Positions 47,131-58,513 of a stretch of 64,000 bases of DNA are shown piece after piece; within the stretch, counting starts at the first letter, position 1, and every line of letters starts with the position of its first letter. Location of the stretch: assembly GCA_051294375.1 (NCBI GenBank), contig CM119263.1:10624703-10688702 (forward strand). The letters are read 5' to 3'. The translations under genes and the position numbers were made by a program. Source of the stretch: Paraspadella gotoi (Eukaryota > Animalia > Chaetognatha). The notes under the pieces are model-generated. The model did no database searches. It was not told where the DNA came from and saw nothing but the letters and a program-made list of their open reading frames with translations.

Positions 47131-47405
47131 TCGGGAGACGCCGGTTTTCTGCGGCGTCGTTGTATGCGCTTCTTCGTCGAGTGGCGCCACGAGTTAAATT
47201 TTCCTGATCGATCACGTGACTAATAATTTAGGAAGAATTTTTTTTTTTATAAGAGAAGTTACGTTAGTTTTCCGCCCCATATTTATTCTTTTATTATTCT
47301 CTTTATGCTTTTTCCAAAACGACGTGGCGCTGCCGAACATGGCTCCTTGCTCGTATTTTCTTGTATTTTTTTAACAAAAAAAATTAATAAATTTGTTAAT
47401 AAGTT

Positions 47406-48122
47406 ATGATTAAGAAAACGTCGAATTTGGGATCAAGTGGCAGATTTTTTTTTTCTTTTATAGAAAACCAATATTTCGATCTTATTTTGACAGATCATCG
47501 TTCAGGGTAAGAGTGAAGTGAGTAGAAGAAGAGAGCTAAGGAAAAGAGAGAGAGAATAGAGAGAGAGAGAGAACAGTGAGAGTCAGACAATACAACAGGG
47601 ATAAATCCCTCCACCCCCCCCCCTCGTTTCAATGTCTAGTCTCATTTCTTCCCAGGGAATTAAGGATCGGTTTCCATGCATCAGTTTTGACATAAGACCC
47701 CATATCTTTATTGAGGCCTCTGCCCGGGCCACAATCGAGGCGCTGATCCACAAGGCCTCTTCCACCTTTAGGTGGTGGCTGAGGCTGGATGGTCTTTGAT
47801 GCGTGGACGTGAGAGGATGTCCGGTGTCCAGTCGAATTGGGCTGAGCAGTGCTGACGATGCTGGGCCAGACCCGAATGGCCCCACTTTCCAGTATCCCTG
47901 TTGTATTGTCTGACTCTCACCTGTTCTCTCTCTCTCTCTATCTCTCTCTCTTTTCCTTAGCTCTCTTCTTCAACTCACTTCACTCTTACCCTGAACGATG
48001 ATCTGTCAAATAAGATCGAAATATTGGTTTTCTATAAAAGAAAAAAAAATACTGCACTTGATCCCAAATTCGACGTTTTCTTAATCATAAAATAAAACAG
48101 TGCATGTGATGACTCTACAAAC
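47406..48122 (-). mobile_element. 5'-truncated, inverted Penelope-like retroelement: inverted pLTRs flanking a GIY-YIG C-terminal fragment
   Basis: ~200-bp inverted arms at 47404-47603 and 47893-48090. The spacer encodes SSALLS..LDTGH...LKVEEALWI...NKDMG (frameshifted). Hammerhead-like motif in each arm. 13-bp direct repeat TTGTTAATAAGTT at 47393-47405 and 48123-48135. Confidence 0.8.
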
Positions 48123-50065
48123 TTGTTAATAAGTTTTTTTTTATTCAATTTTGTTGCTTGCAGATTCAGCTTAGACATTAACTCTAAGCGATAAATGTTT
48201 TTAACTAATTAACTAATTAACTAATTACATCTGACTTTGCGTTTAGTAACTTGATATTATTAAATTTTCAGAAAATACTAATGACAACAAAAGTACAGGA
48301 TGATTTATTTATCAGTTAGTACGTTGTTTAATGTTTATTCGTTTATTCTTTCAATAACTTATTCAATTGTCTGATTCTTCCATAAACCTAAAACGCCTCT
48401 GAAAAAGTAGTTTAAAAAAATACCTAAAAAATTTGTAAAAGAGAAAGAGAGAGAAGCCAACCGTAAAAAATACTATCAAAGCAACTAAGTCATAAATATA
48501 AAGTAATAAAGTTGTTAGGATTCCCAAAATGCTCTAAACTACTTAGAATTTAAAAAGAATCATCTCAGCCTAAGAAAGAAAGAAAGAAAGATAAATTGAA
48601 AGGCAGTTTATTTTTTCCGGGCGGAATTAAGGCAAAATCTAATTAGTGGAAGATCAACGCTGAAGCCAAATCCCTTTTATATTATTATCATTACGGTTCT
48701 CGGTTTAAAAAGAATTTCCTTCGTAGTGGTAAAAGAAACGAAGATTTTATCACCACCTCTCAGGAGTTGCAATTAAAGAATCAAGGTAATGAAAGTGAAA
48801 TAGTTAGCGTGGGTTCAACAAATGTATAGTATAACCGACTAATTATAGTACTAATAATATAAAACTAACATAATTTTTAGTTAAAAAATAGAGCATTCGT
48901 TTGCTCAGCATAATTAATGAGTTGGAAAAAAAAAGACTTAAAAAGAGAAAAAATTAATGTAGCTGTCTGAATTTTAAAAATATTTTCTCCTCGCCATCGG
49001 CAAATTTATATATTTTTCGCTGCGATGATTAAAAATCTTTTTTTTTCCCTCAGAAATATTGATAATATCTGATACCATTCCATATTTCAGCTCCATGCAA
49101 GTTTTCTGCTACACTTCACCTTTGCCAATTCTCCGTCCACTTTGGCTTCGGTTCACTTCCGCTGAATTCCCTGACAAAAGAATTTCCCGTCGGATTCCCA
49201 TTCGTGATGAGGATCTTTAATTTCTAATCAAGAGGCTGGGGCGACCCTGGGGGTGTTGGATGGGAAGCCTTCAAGTCGGTTGTTGTTGTTGTTGTTCTGT
49301 TGTCATTATCGATTTCTTAATGTACATTAAACATTAAAAGTTACCGCGTTGCTACGAAACTATTGTCCTTACGAGTTACGCCCTATAGTAGCATATATTT
49401 TTTGTCAGTTGAGAATAATCTGATAAATCCTTTCTTCTATTCACATTTCCCTATGAAATGAATTTAGATCAATTGAAAAAAAAATATATTGAATTTGAAA
49501 GGGTAGCGAATATTAAGCATAACAATAACGATTGTAAAGTCGAAATAGAAGGTAATCCCACCAACAAACATTTATTTTTATAAGATCACCCATTTGCGTT
49601 TGAATAAACAAATTTATAAATTTTTCAAGTGGCTTTGACTTATTAGATAGATAGATTGTTAGCGATTTTTTTTATATGACAATAATAAATGATTCTTGCC
49701 GAAATAACACAAATAAAATAGAAAAAAAAATTGTGAGACATTGTCATTGGGTTTCGAACCCGCTAACGTGGGTCTCGACTCGAAACCTCAAAGGATTAAA
49801 GAATCGGTGTCGTCGAAATTAAGGAAAAGGACGACGACGACGAAGAAGAAGAATAATCATTCCTTCAAGATGCCGACGCGAAAAATACAGTGTTTTTTTT
49901 AAAACTTTTTATTTATAATAATTTTTTCATTGAAATATAGATAATATATATTAAAGAACAGTAATTGTAATTGATATCAATAATTAATGATTTTTTTTTT
50001 TCAATTATGACTTTAACATTCATTCAGAAAATAAATTCACTCGGTGAGCCTCCCATCCTCTCATA

Positions 50066-51942
50066 ATGTCGTCTCTGCGATTGCCACTAATTTTTCTGCT
50101 GCTACTAGTCGTCGCTTGGCAACGAAGTGACGGCGTCCCGAGTGTGGACGCCCGTCAACGCGCTGTGGATGCGGTCGTCGACTTCCTGCAAAAGAGGCTG
50201 AAGGAGAAGCGGGCAGATGAATCGGAAGAAGATGAAGAAGATGAAGATGATGAATCGGATGATGAATCGGATGATGAAGGCAGTTCTGAAAGCGATGAAA
50301 AAGGGGTAAGTGGATTCTTGTTTCACAAACAAAACACGACAGAATGTTTTTGCTTAAAAAAATATTAAGTTTTTATTAAAACTAACTTTTAGAGCGTTTG
50401 AACTTTTATGATACCCGAAAATTTGCAAATATGAGTATATTACCATTGAGCTCCGTATATTTAAATAAAATTGGTACAACCAATATAAAAATTATCCATT
50501 GATTTAATAAATAAGCTATCTTGCCCCTGTAATGTAATAGATAATTCCTGGACTTTAAAAAGTGGAGGCTATATAATCGCCCACGTTTTATTTCTTAACG
50601 ATAGCAAACTGGCGAAGTGGAAAAGCGTTCGATGCTCAGTCCTGCTCAACGCAGTTTTGAAACACCAGTCCTGACCACATCGAAAATCACTAAGCAACAG
50701 AGCAGAGAAATCCTCAATCTCCACAGGTTAAAACTTGTTTTAAACGAATATTTCATATTGATATGTTTATAAATTTAATACGTTTAAATTGAAGGAAAGA
50801 AAGGCAGTTGGCGAAGGCTTCAAACATGTTGGCCATCACATGGGACGACGAACTGGCGAGGCTGGCGCAGGGACTAGCAGACGGATGCGTATTCGTACAC
50901 GACAATTTGAAGGTAAAGTCATAAATAATATATGTACTTCAGTACTTATATAGCATGAACGATACCGGTGTAAAGCTCGATATTTGAAGCTAAATAACAG
51001 TAAAAACGACGTCGACTCCTATATATATAATTATATAGATACATATGGCCCTTATATATATATTATAATAATATATGAAAACTTTTCTTAGTACCGCTTG
51101 ATAAACTCATCCAAGATCAAGTTTTGAATAAAAAAATTTCTAGAACTCGACTCCGATCTTTTTTACCTCGAGATGAGGACGGATATTTAAAATCAAACTA
51201 CTCTTCCATCACCCGCCCAACCACTTCCAGTCTTTCTTCATCCGTATCCGCAGCTCCCCAGCGGCGAGAAGGTGGGTCAGAACATTGCCGCCTGGTCAGA
51301 CCCCAACGCCTCTATCAAGTCCCTCGTCGACCTCTGGATCAACGAGAAGAACGACTATGACGTCTCGACACACACCTGCAGCGCCGTGTGCGGCCACTAC
51401 ACCCAGATGGTATGGTCAACCTCGACCAAAGTCGGCTGCGGACTGTCCAAGTGTAGTAGTCTAGGCGCTTTCCTTGTCTGCGATTACTCACCCTCGGGAA
51501 ATTGGATCGGTAAAGTCGGGAGTGGGAGGTGGGAAAGATTAAATAAAATAGACGTTCAGAATTTTATAAATCGCTTTTTTAATCAATTTCAAAAACAAAA
51601 TATAGGCGAGACTCCATTCGAACTGGGCCCTGCTTGCTCTACATGCAATCTCTACCCTGGAACCTCCTGTAATCAAGGAATGTGCAGCCCTTGCAAGCCG
51701 CGGAAGAACAAGAAAGACTGCAAAAAGTAAATAATGAAGAACTGATAATTTCAAATAATGAAAACCAAAAAAATTGGAGAGTAATGTGGCCCTTTAGATA
51801 CGATTCCAGCAAATGCTTTGACGCCAAAGTTGACCCAAAAATCACCGACTGCGAGCTCTACAAGGAATACTGCTCAATGAGGGATTACGAGCCATGGATG
51901 AAAGAAAATTGTTCCAAGACGTGCAAGTTCTGTCACTCCTGA
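50066..51942 (+). CDS. Secreted CAP/SCP (CRISP-like) protein with C-terminal ShKT domain; exons 50066-50305, 50605-50726, 50795-50912, 51254-51508, 51606-51726, 51798-51942
   Basis: Signal peptide, ILNLHRKER, ASNMLAITWDDELA, GQNIA, CGHYTQMVWSTSTKVGCG, LVCDYSPSGNWIG and the ShK pattern C...C...C...WMKENCSKTCKFC. Confidence 0.93.
50465..50529 (-). mobile_element. Short 3'-end fragment of the 324-bp repeat family
   Basis: AAATTGGTACAACCAATATAAAAATTATCCATT...AAGCTATCTTGCCCCTG matches the reverse complement of the unit end. Confidence 0.8.
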
Positions 51943-52351
51943 GCCATGGACCGTGAGAGCTGCATGCTGACCGCGCAAAAGCAATCGCGTTCGAATGAAG
52001 GGCCATTGCGAAAAAAAGTATAATCTTGCTAACCTCGAAATCTTAAAATGTTTATCTAGCTATTATTTGATAATAGGCTGTATTCATACTTATAATCTAA
52101 TATTTCTAATTCTGCTTAGTTAAACTGTAAAAATCTAGTCTTATTAATCAACTTATTTTACGAGATTCGTAAAACTCATAATCTATGAATTTAAATAAAA
52201 TTTAAAAAAAAACGAATTGTATTGCTTGGTTTTTTATTTGTTGAAGGTCAACATTTACTGATTGAGAATTTTCTGAAAACATTCATGCTAAGAGACATGC
52301 CTGAATTAAACATACGAAATTTGGAGTTGAATAAATAAAGAATGCGAGAGA

Positions 52352-53110
52352 CGAGCAGCGCAAAAAAAAAGTAGCCACTTTTTCATGTGGATGGCTGAAT
52401 TTCACCGAGACATAGATATATAAATCAAAGCTTGTTGAAATATGAAGTGATTGGTCCAAGTCCTATTAAAATCGAGCAAAGCGTTCGAAAATTATAGGAC
52501 GCCAAAGTTGATTGGGACAAAAGATCTGACAAGAAAGAATTAATTTTAGTCAAGAAGAGTCTATGACTTTTCATTATAATAAAATATTTATTAGAAAAGT
52601 TTGAAATNNNNNNNNNNGTAGGGATAGGTGTCAACCATTTTAACCAAAATTAAATTTAAATAAATAGGGAAACTATATAAAAAAATCTTACCTAAGATTA
52701 CTTACAAAGCTTTTCCATATCTAAGTTTTTTCATTTTGTCATCTTGGTTGAAGTATGCTCATAGAAACTCTTAAAAATATATTAAAACTAAATTATTTAT
52801 ATTTTGTCAAAGAATTACTTTTTGATTTTAATATAATTTAAAAAAAAAGATTGTTTTCGGTATTTATCATTAAAGTATTATAAGTTATTGCCAACCCTTT
52901 CATATTTTTAATTCCATTGTGATTATCTCAATTCTATATTGTTACCATCAGTCAGAAAAAGAATTATCATTAACTTGACATCCGAGAATTACTTTTTCCC
53001 AATTCCATTTTGAGACTCTTGACTGTAACATATTGCTATATTCTACTTAAATTTTTTTTTAGACTAATCCATACCTAACAAGTGGCTACTTTTTTTCCCG
53101 CCGCAGTGTA
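52352..53110. mobile_element. Degenerate TIR element spanning the assembly gap
   Basis: AAAAAAAGTAGCCACTT (~52364-52380) is the reverse complement of AAGTGGCTACTTTTTTT (~53079-53096). The right end is ...CCGCAGTG|TA. Confidence 0.45.
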
Positions 53111-53225
53111 CCAAGGTAAAAAAGATCGGAATGTCCTCACAAGTCGACCCGCTAAATCGACGAATGGACGTAACAGAATAAGTATGAAAATATCCAAGGA
53201 AAAACCGAAATGGTTGCCCGCCATC

Positions 53226-56200
53226 TCAAACGGCGCCTAGTATGGCGCCTAACGGGTTGCCAACGACGACCATCGCCGCGATCGCAGCCACCTCGCTCGC
53301 GAACATCGGCGTCGAGGCTAAAGAAATCCGCGACGACGGCAAATCTACATGGTGACAATTTTACAAGCGCCGGTAAAAAAACGCTGTCATTTGCAAACCA
53401 GTCGTTATTTCATTGATTTTAAAAATTAGTTGAGTAGAAAATATTAAAGTCATTTAAAGTAAAAAAAAACGAATTGTATTGCTTGGTTTTGTATTTGTTG
53501 AAGGTCAACATTAACGGATTGAGAATTTTCTGAAAACATTCATGCTAAGAGACTAAATTTTATATTAATCAGTTAAGATATGCCTTGACAGTGAGTGGAG
53601 AAAGTTGGCTTGTAAAATCGGGTTTTATTTTTTAACTCACTATTAAATTCAATTCATTTTTTTTTTCAACTTTTAGCACTTTTTTAAACAAAGTATTTAT
53701 TAAAATATTAATAATATTAAAATCCTCAGAAAGCCCTTAAAAAAATGAAGAGAATGATATACTTACGAAAGCTCTATCATAAAAATTAAGCTGAATAGTC
53801 TTGGTTCAATTAAGAGAGTTAAAAGTTAATTATCTAAAATTTTAAATCTTTTTTTAAAATATATAACCTGTTTAACTTATTATAACATAAAATATTATTA
53901 TTTATATAAGTATCATGAAAGAGCCTGAAAAAAAGAGCTATAAGATAGCCAATCACAATTTGATAAAAATCCTAAATTTACCCTCCAGCTTTTGATTTTT
54001 TTAAAAATGTTTTGTTTTTGAGTATCCTAATTAAATTAAAGCTGGGCCGGTAAAATTTTATACTACAGTATTTGTAAGTATGTCATTCTCTTTAGATTTG
54101 AAAGGGCTTTCAGAAGATAATAATATTAATATTATGAAATTGGTACAACCAATATAAAAATTATCCATTCATTTAATAAATAAGCTATCTTACCCCTGAC
54201 TTTGGACAGGCTTTGGTGGTTTAAGGCCTCCATCACTCTTACAAGATAATGACATAGCAGGTCCCTAAAAGCTTTCAATCAAGACTCTCTCACAGTCTCG
54301 TTTATTCACTCCCAGAGTACCTGGCTTCCCTATCAATTTTATTTCAAATTTCTTCAGAAAACCTACTGAAAGTAAGAGAAAAAAATTGAATCTAAAAAAA
54401 GTTAGTTGAAAAATGAAACCCGATTTTACAAGCCAACTTTCTCCACTCATTGTCAAGGCATACCCTAACTGATCAATATAAAATTTGAACACATAAATGA
54501 CTTTAATATTTTTTATTCATCTAATTTTTAAAATCAATGAAATAACAACTGGTTTGTAAACGACAGCGTTTTTTTTACCGGCGCTTGTAAAATTGTCACC
54601 ATGTAAGCCGCGATCCTCTTCCGATTCGATCCAAGGGACGTACTCCGAAACGCGAGAGTAGACTCCGGGAAGCAACTCCGCGGCGCAACCGACGCCCCAA
54701 CTGACCACGCCGACCAGAACGGCGGTATTGTCGTCCAGGTGGAAGAGCGGACCTCCGGAGTCTCCGACGCAACCGTCAATGCCACCGGCCGCGTAGCTAG
54801 ATAGGCGGGGTCGTGAGGGAGATCGGGAAAGGATGACGGGAGGAACGAAAATGAGTTAGAAGATTGCCATCACGGGCGACTCGGCAGTTGCCATAATGGT
54901 CGAAAAACGGGAAGCCGAAAAAAAACGAAAAGAGAGGGCGATTGGAGGAGGTCCAACCTTTTTTTTTTTTTAACAAATCTGAATGTTTACCCTGCACACA
55001 TCATTTCGTTCGAGACTTGTCCATAAGCTTTCAGCAATTCTTGACAACTTTTGAGACCAACGAGAGGCACCGTTGCCATCTGCAAATATTTTTTTACGTT
55101 TTTAGCCGGATCTGCTGTAAGCCGATTCCGGCTCTATAATTCACTTTGTTGGTCCGTCGGTCCGCCCCCCTAATCATGTCGGGCAGTCACTTATTAATGA
55201 TTAATTATGCAAAAAAAATGATGTCCATTCGTCCGTCCATCCCACCTTAGCAAAAAACAATTACTCGTGATTTGATGCTTAGATTGGAATAAAATTTTGT
55301 GTGTGGGTAGGAAAGTGTGTGATTGAGCTGGAAATCAAGTTTCGATGGAATCGTTTGAGTGGAAATAAGTTAAAATGGAAAAAACAAACAATCTATTTCA
55401 TTATGTGATTATGTTTTTTTATGTTTATGTTAAATGTAAATTTAAGCTGCAATAATTAATTATTAATAAAAAAATAATTAATTAATAATTATTTAATAAA
55501 TAAATAAATTAATTAATTAATAAATTATCTGATCGGCTCCTTACCGCTAAGGATCGTGGGCAGATCCGGCATTGTTTGCTCAAACTTTTTTTTTTTCGTA
55601 CAACTTCTGTTGAAGTGCGCTCACATTCTCGGACGGATCCCTCCTTTCCTCCAGCCTCCCACTCTCTCAGCTCTTTTTCGATCCAGCTCACCTTCTCCTT
55701 TCCCGCTCCGCACCTGCAGCTCGGTCGGCAACTTTTGTTCCTCGAAGTTAACGTATCCATTCCCGATGACGACGAGCTTCGTTCCCTCGACCAGAGCCTG
55801 CTCGTGAGCTGCGGGTGGAAGGCAAGCAGGCTGCACCCGCGAGTTGAAAACGAAAGGGCGGTTGACGAGCAGGACGGCAATGTCGTTGCGGTTCGCCATG
55901 TCGCAAGCGCCGTTATGCGCTGCGCCCGAGGAGCAGAAGCGCGGATGTTGCCGCGACGAAACAACGCGGCGGATCTGAGCGCCGCAGTAGTCGGTGGAAG
56001 AGCGCATGACTAGAGAAATGCATGTGATTTAAAAAGTGGAGGGATAGGGGCTTAATCGAAAGAGAGTGAACGCTAAATCAAGACGTCCACCGAAAATGTA
56101 GTCTTCACGCGAAGTGTTTTTCACAGGACATCGCAAATCATCCAAACCTCTTACCGATTTTTTGCGGGGCAGTGGTTCCGGCGAACACGAGTTTGCCCAT

Positions 56201-56463
56201 TCGATCCCCGCTGTACTTGAGACAGTGTGCCGCCGTGACGAGCGTATTGGGGTCGACAATGGTGGCGCCGCAGCCTCCGATGTCAACGAACCACGGAGCT
56301 TCGCCTTGGCGGACAGACCGACCGCCGACCACATCGGAGGAGTGTAAATCTCTTGGATGAATTTATTAAGACCGTGAGACAATGGATACATGAGTGGAAG
56401 AAAAATGGAAAGGAAAGGAAAGGAAAGGAAAGGAAAGGAAAGGAAGGAAGGAGGAAAGAAAAG

Positions 56464-56494
<31 letters not shown>

Positions 56495-56549
56495 GAAAAG
56501 AAAGAAAAGAAAAAAAAGAAAAGAAAAGAAAAGAAAAGAAAAAAAAGAA

Positions 56550-56581
<32 letters not shown>

Positions 56582-56582
56582 A

Positions 56583-56614
<32 letters not shown>

Positions 56615-56858
56615 AAAGAAAGAAGAAAGAAAGAGAAGAAAAAATGAATGAATGAATGAATGAATATTTGCATAGGTACCTCTGTTTCAGTCGTTCTTCG
56701 ACCCTTTTCCCACATTGACCTGGAAAAGGATTTTTATTTGTTTCTCCTTTGCAAAGGGGAGGATCTAAATCTCCTGTCAGATATTCTTGCGGGATCGACT
56801 CCAATATGGCTGGCGTCGTCGACATTAGCACTAAACCCACGAGGAAAAGGAGATTCAT
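53226..56858 (-). CDS. Trypsin-like S1A serine protease, probably GPI-anchored; exons 56858-56680, 56351-56155, 56009-55714, 55079-54991, 54796-54600, 53344-53226 (last junction inferred)
   Basis: Signal peptide, [51 protein letters not shown] and [14 protein letters not shown], with an intact H/D/S triad. Hydrophobic tail ...[21 protein letters not shown] lies beyond the transposon. Confidence 0.9.
53348..54603. mobile_element. Non-autonomous foldback DNA transposon with TA TSD inserted in the last coding exon of the protease (candidate introner)
   Basis: TA(53346-47)|CATGGTGACAATTTTACAAGCGCCGGTAAAAAAACGCTGTC ... GACAGCGTTTTTTTTACCGGCGCTTGTAAAATTGTCACCATG|TA(54604-05). The arms remain alignable for several hundred bp with interruptions. 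Confidence 0.9.
54133..54336 (-). mobile_element. 5'-truncated copy (~0.6 unit) of the 324-bp repeat, nested in the foldback element
   Basis: Reverse complement matches ATTGATAGGGAAGCC...CCAATTTCATA. Confidence 0.85.
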
Positions 56859-57741
56859 GGCCGGGTATAGAAAAAATAAAAAAAATAAAAAAAATAAAAA
56901 ACAAATAAAAACAAAACCAGGCCTACGAATCAGTACAAACAATTTTTATTCAAACAATCTATAACATTTCCTTTTTGTTCACTCGAGCTATCTCACATAA
57001 ACAGTTCAACTATTAAGATAAAAAAGTTTTTTTTCTGACTTATAAATTTCATTACGTGAAAGTGGTTAATTCAAATTTAATAGTAGCTGCCAAATCAACT
57101 AGCACGTTTCATGAATAAAAATAAATTTTAATAAATCGAAACTAAATTAATTTTTCCTATTTTTTAAACCGCGATTTTCATTACGCTCTTTAATAATGAA
57201 TACTTTAAGCTTACCCTTAGTGCTCAATGGTCGAGGGATTATTTCGACTCGTGATTACTGATTAAACCTTACTGGTAGTTGAATGAACCTGATACAAAAT
57301 ATGTCGAATACTGACGCTGCGTCGGATAGATACAAAACGATTAAACCTAACCTGCGATTTCACTTTTCATTATGCAAATGCATCAGTCCTCTTAGTCCTC
57401 TTACTCTTAGCAAATGTGCGCGCAATCACAATCGCAGTCACAGACACTGAAACGAAAAACGATTTCGTAATCAAATTGAATCAATACCAAGGACGCCGCG
57501 TCGCGCGTCGCCGCCGCGTCGCGCGTCAGCCAATCACTTTTCGCTACGAACATCCAATGAGATCGCAGAACAGCCTCAGCAGCTCCCGACGCACAGTGTT
57601 TCAGTATTGGCAAAATGGAGCAAGTTCAAGGACCACAGAAACATCAATATTGTATTAATATTTCTTGCGTTATGTTAAATAGTTACGTCATTCAACGCCA
57701 TACGGAAGAGTTAACATTATTTGCGCAGCTTTAAGCGAATA

Positions 57742-58430
57742 ATGGAAAAAAATCTCAACCTGCTCGTTCCCCTTGATCAAAGCGAAACAAAAAGCAAAAC
57801 GAACAAGAAAAGATATAAACCTCGAAAATATTTTTCGATTCCCAAATTCGCCAAACCGGAGCAAGATAATTATGTCGGACATTCAAACTGCAGGTTTGAA
57901 TATTGATTAAGTCTCCACTTGGACTCTCGTCGTTTTCTTTTTAATATATATTTATTTCAATCTATGAGTGTTTTTGATTACAGATTCCACTACGGTCTAT
58001 CCCCTGTGGATTTAGTTCGGGCGTCGCGACAGTACATGTACGACGTAGAAGGGAACGAGTTTCTGGACTGCGTCTCTATCCAGGCCCCCGCCGGCCATTG
58101 CCACCCGCAAATCGTCATGGCCGCCCAGAACCAAATGGCCACCCTCGCCGCCTCCTTCGGCTTCATGCACAAACTCCTCCCCGAATTCTCCAAGAAGATC
58201 GTCGAGACTCTCCCGCCTCAACTCTCTATCGCCTACTTGGTAATTTATGTCGATTGATTGATTGATTGGTAAAATTTTGAATTTTTTCACTTCTTATATT
58301 AGCAACAACGTATAGAAATTTCATTACGCCCAAAAAAACAAAAAAACAAAAACAGTAAAAAAAATTTAATAATTTTTGTTTTTAAAACTACTTTAACACT
58401 AATCAGTAATCACCCCTTTTTGAAACAAAT

Positions 58431-58513
<83 letters not shown>

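Noticed and set aside
56029-56715. Long F/S/L- or K/E/R-rich ORFs
   Set aside because: Translations of GAAA/GA microsatellites in introns. The same applies at 24.5, 29.8, 30.9, 31.4, 45.9 and 58.4 kb.
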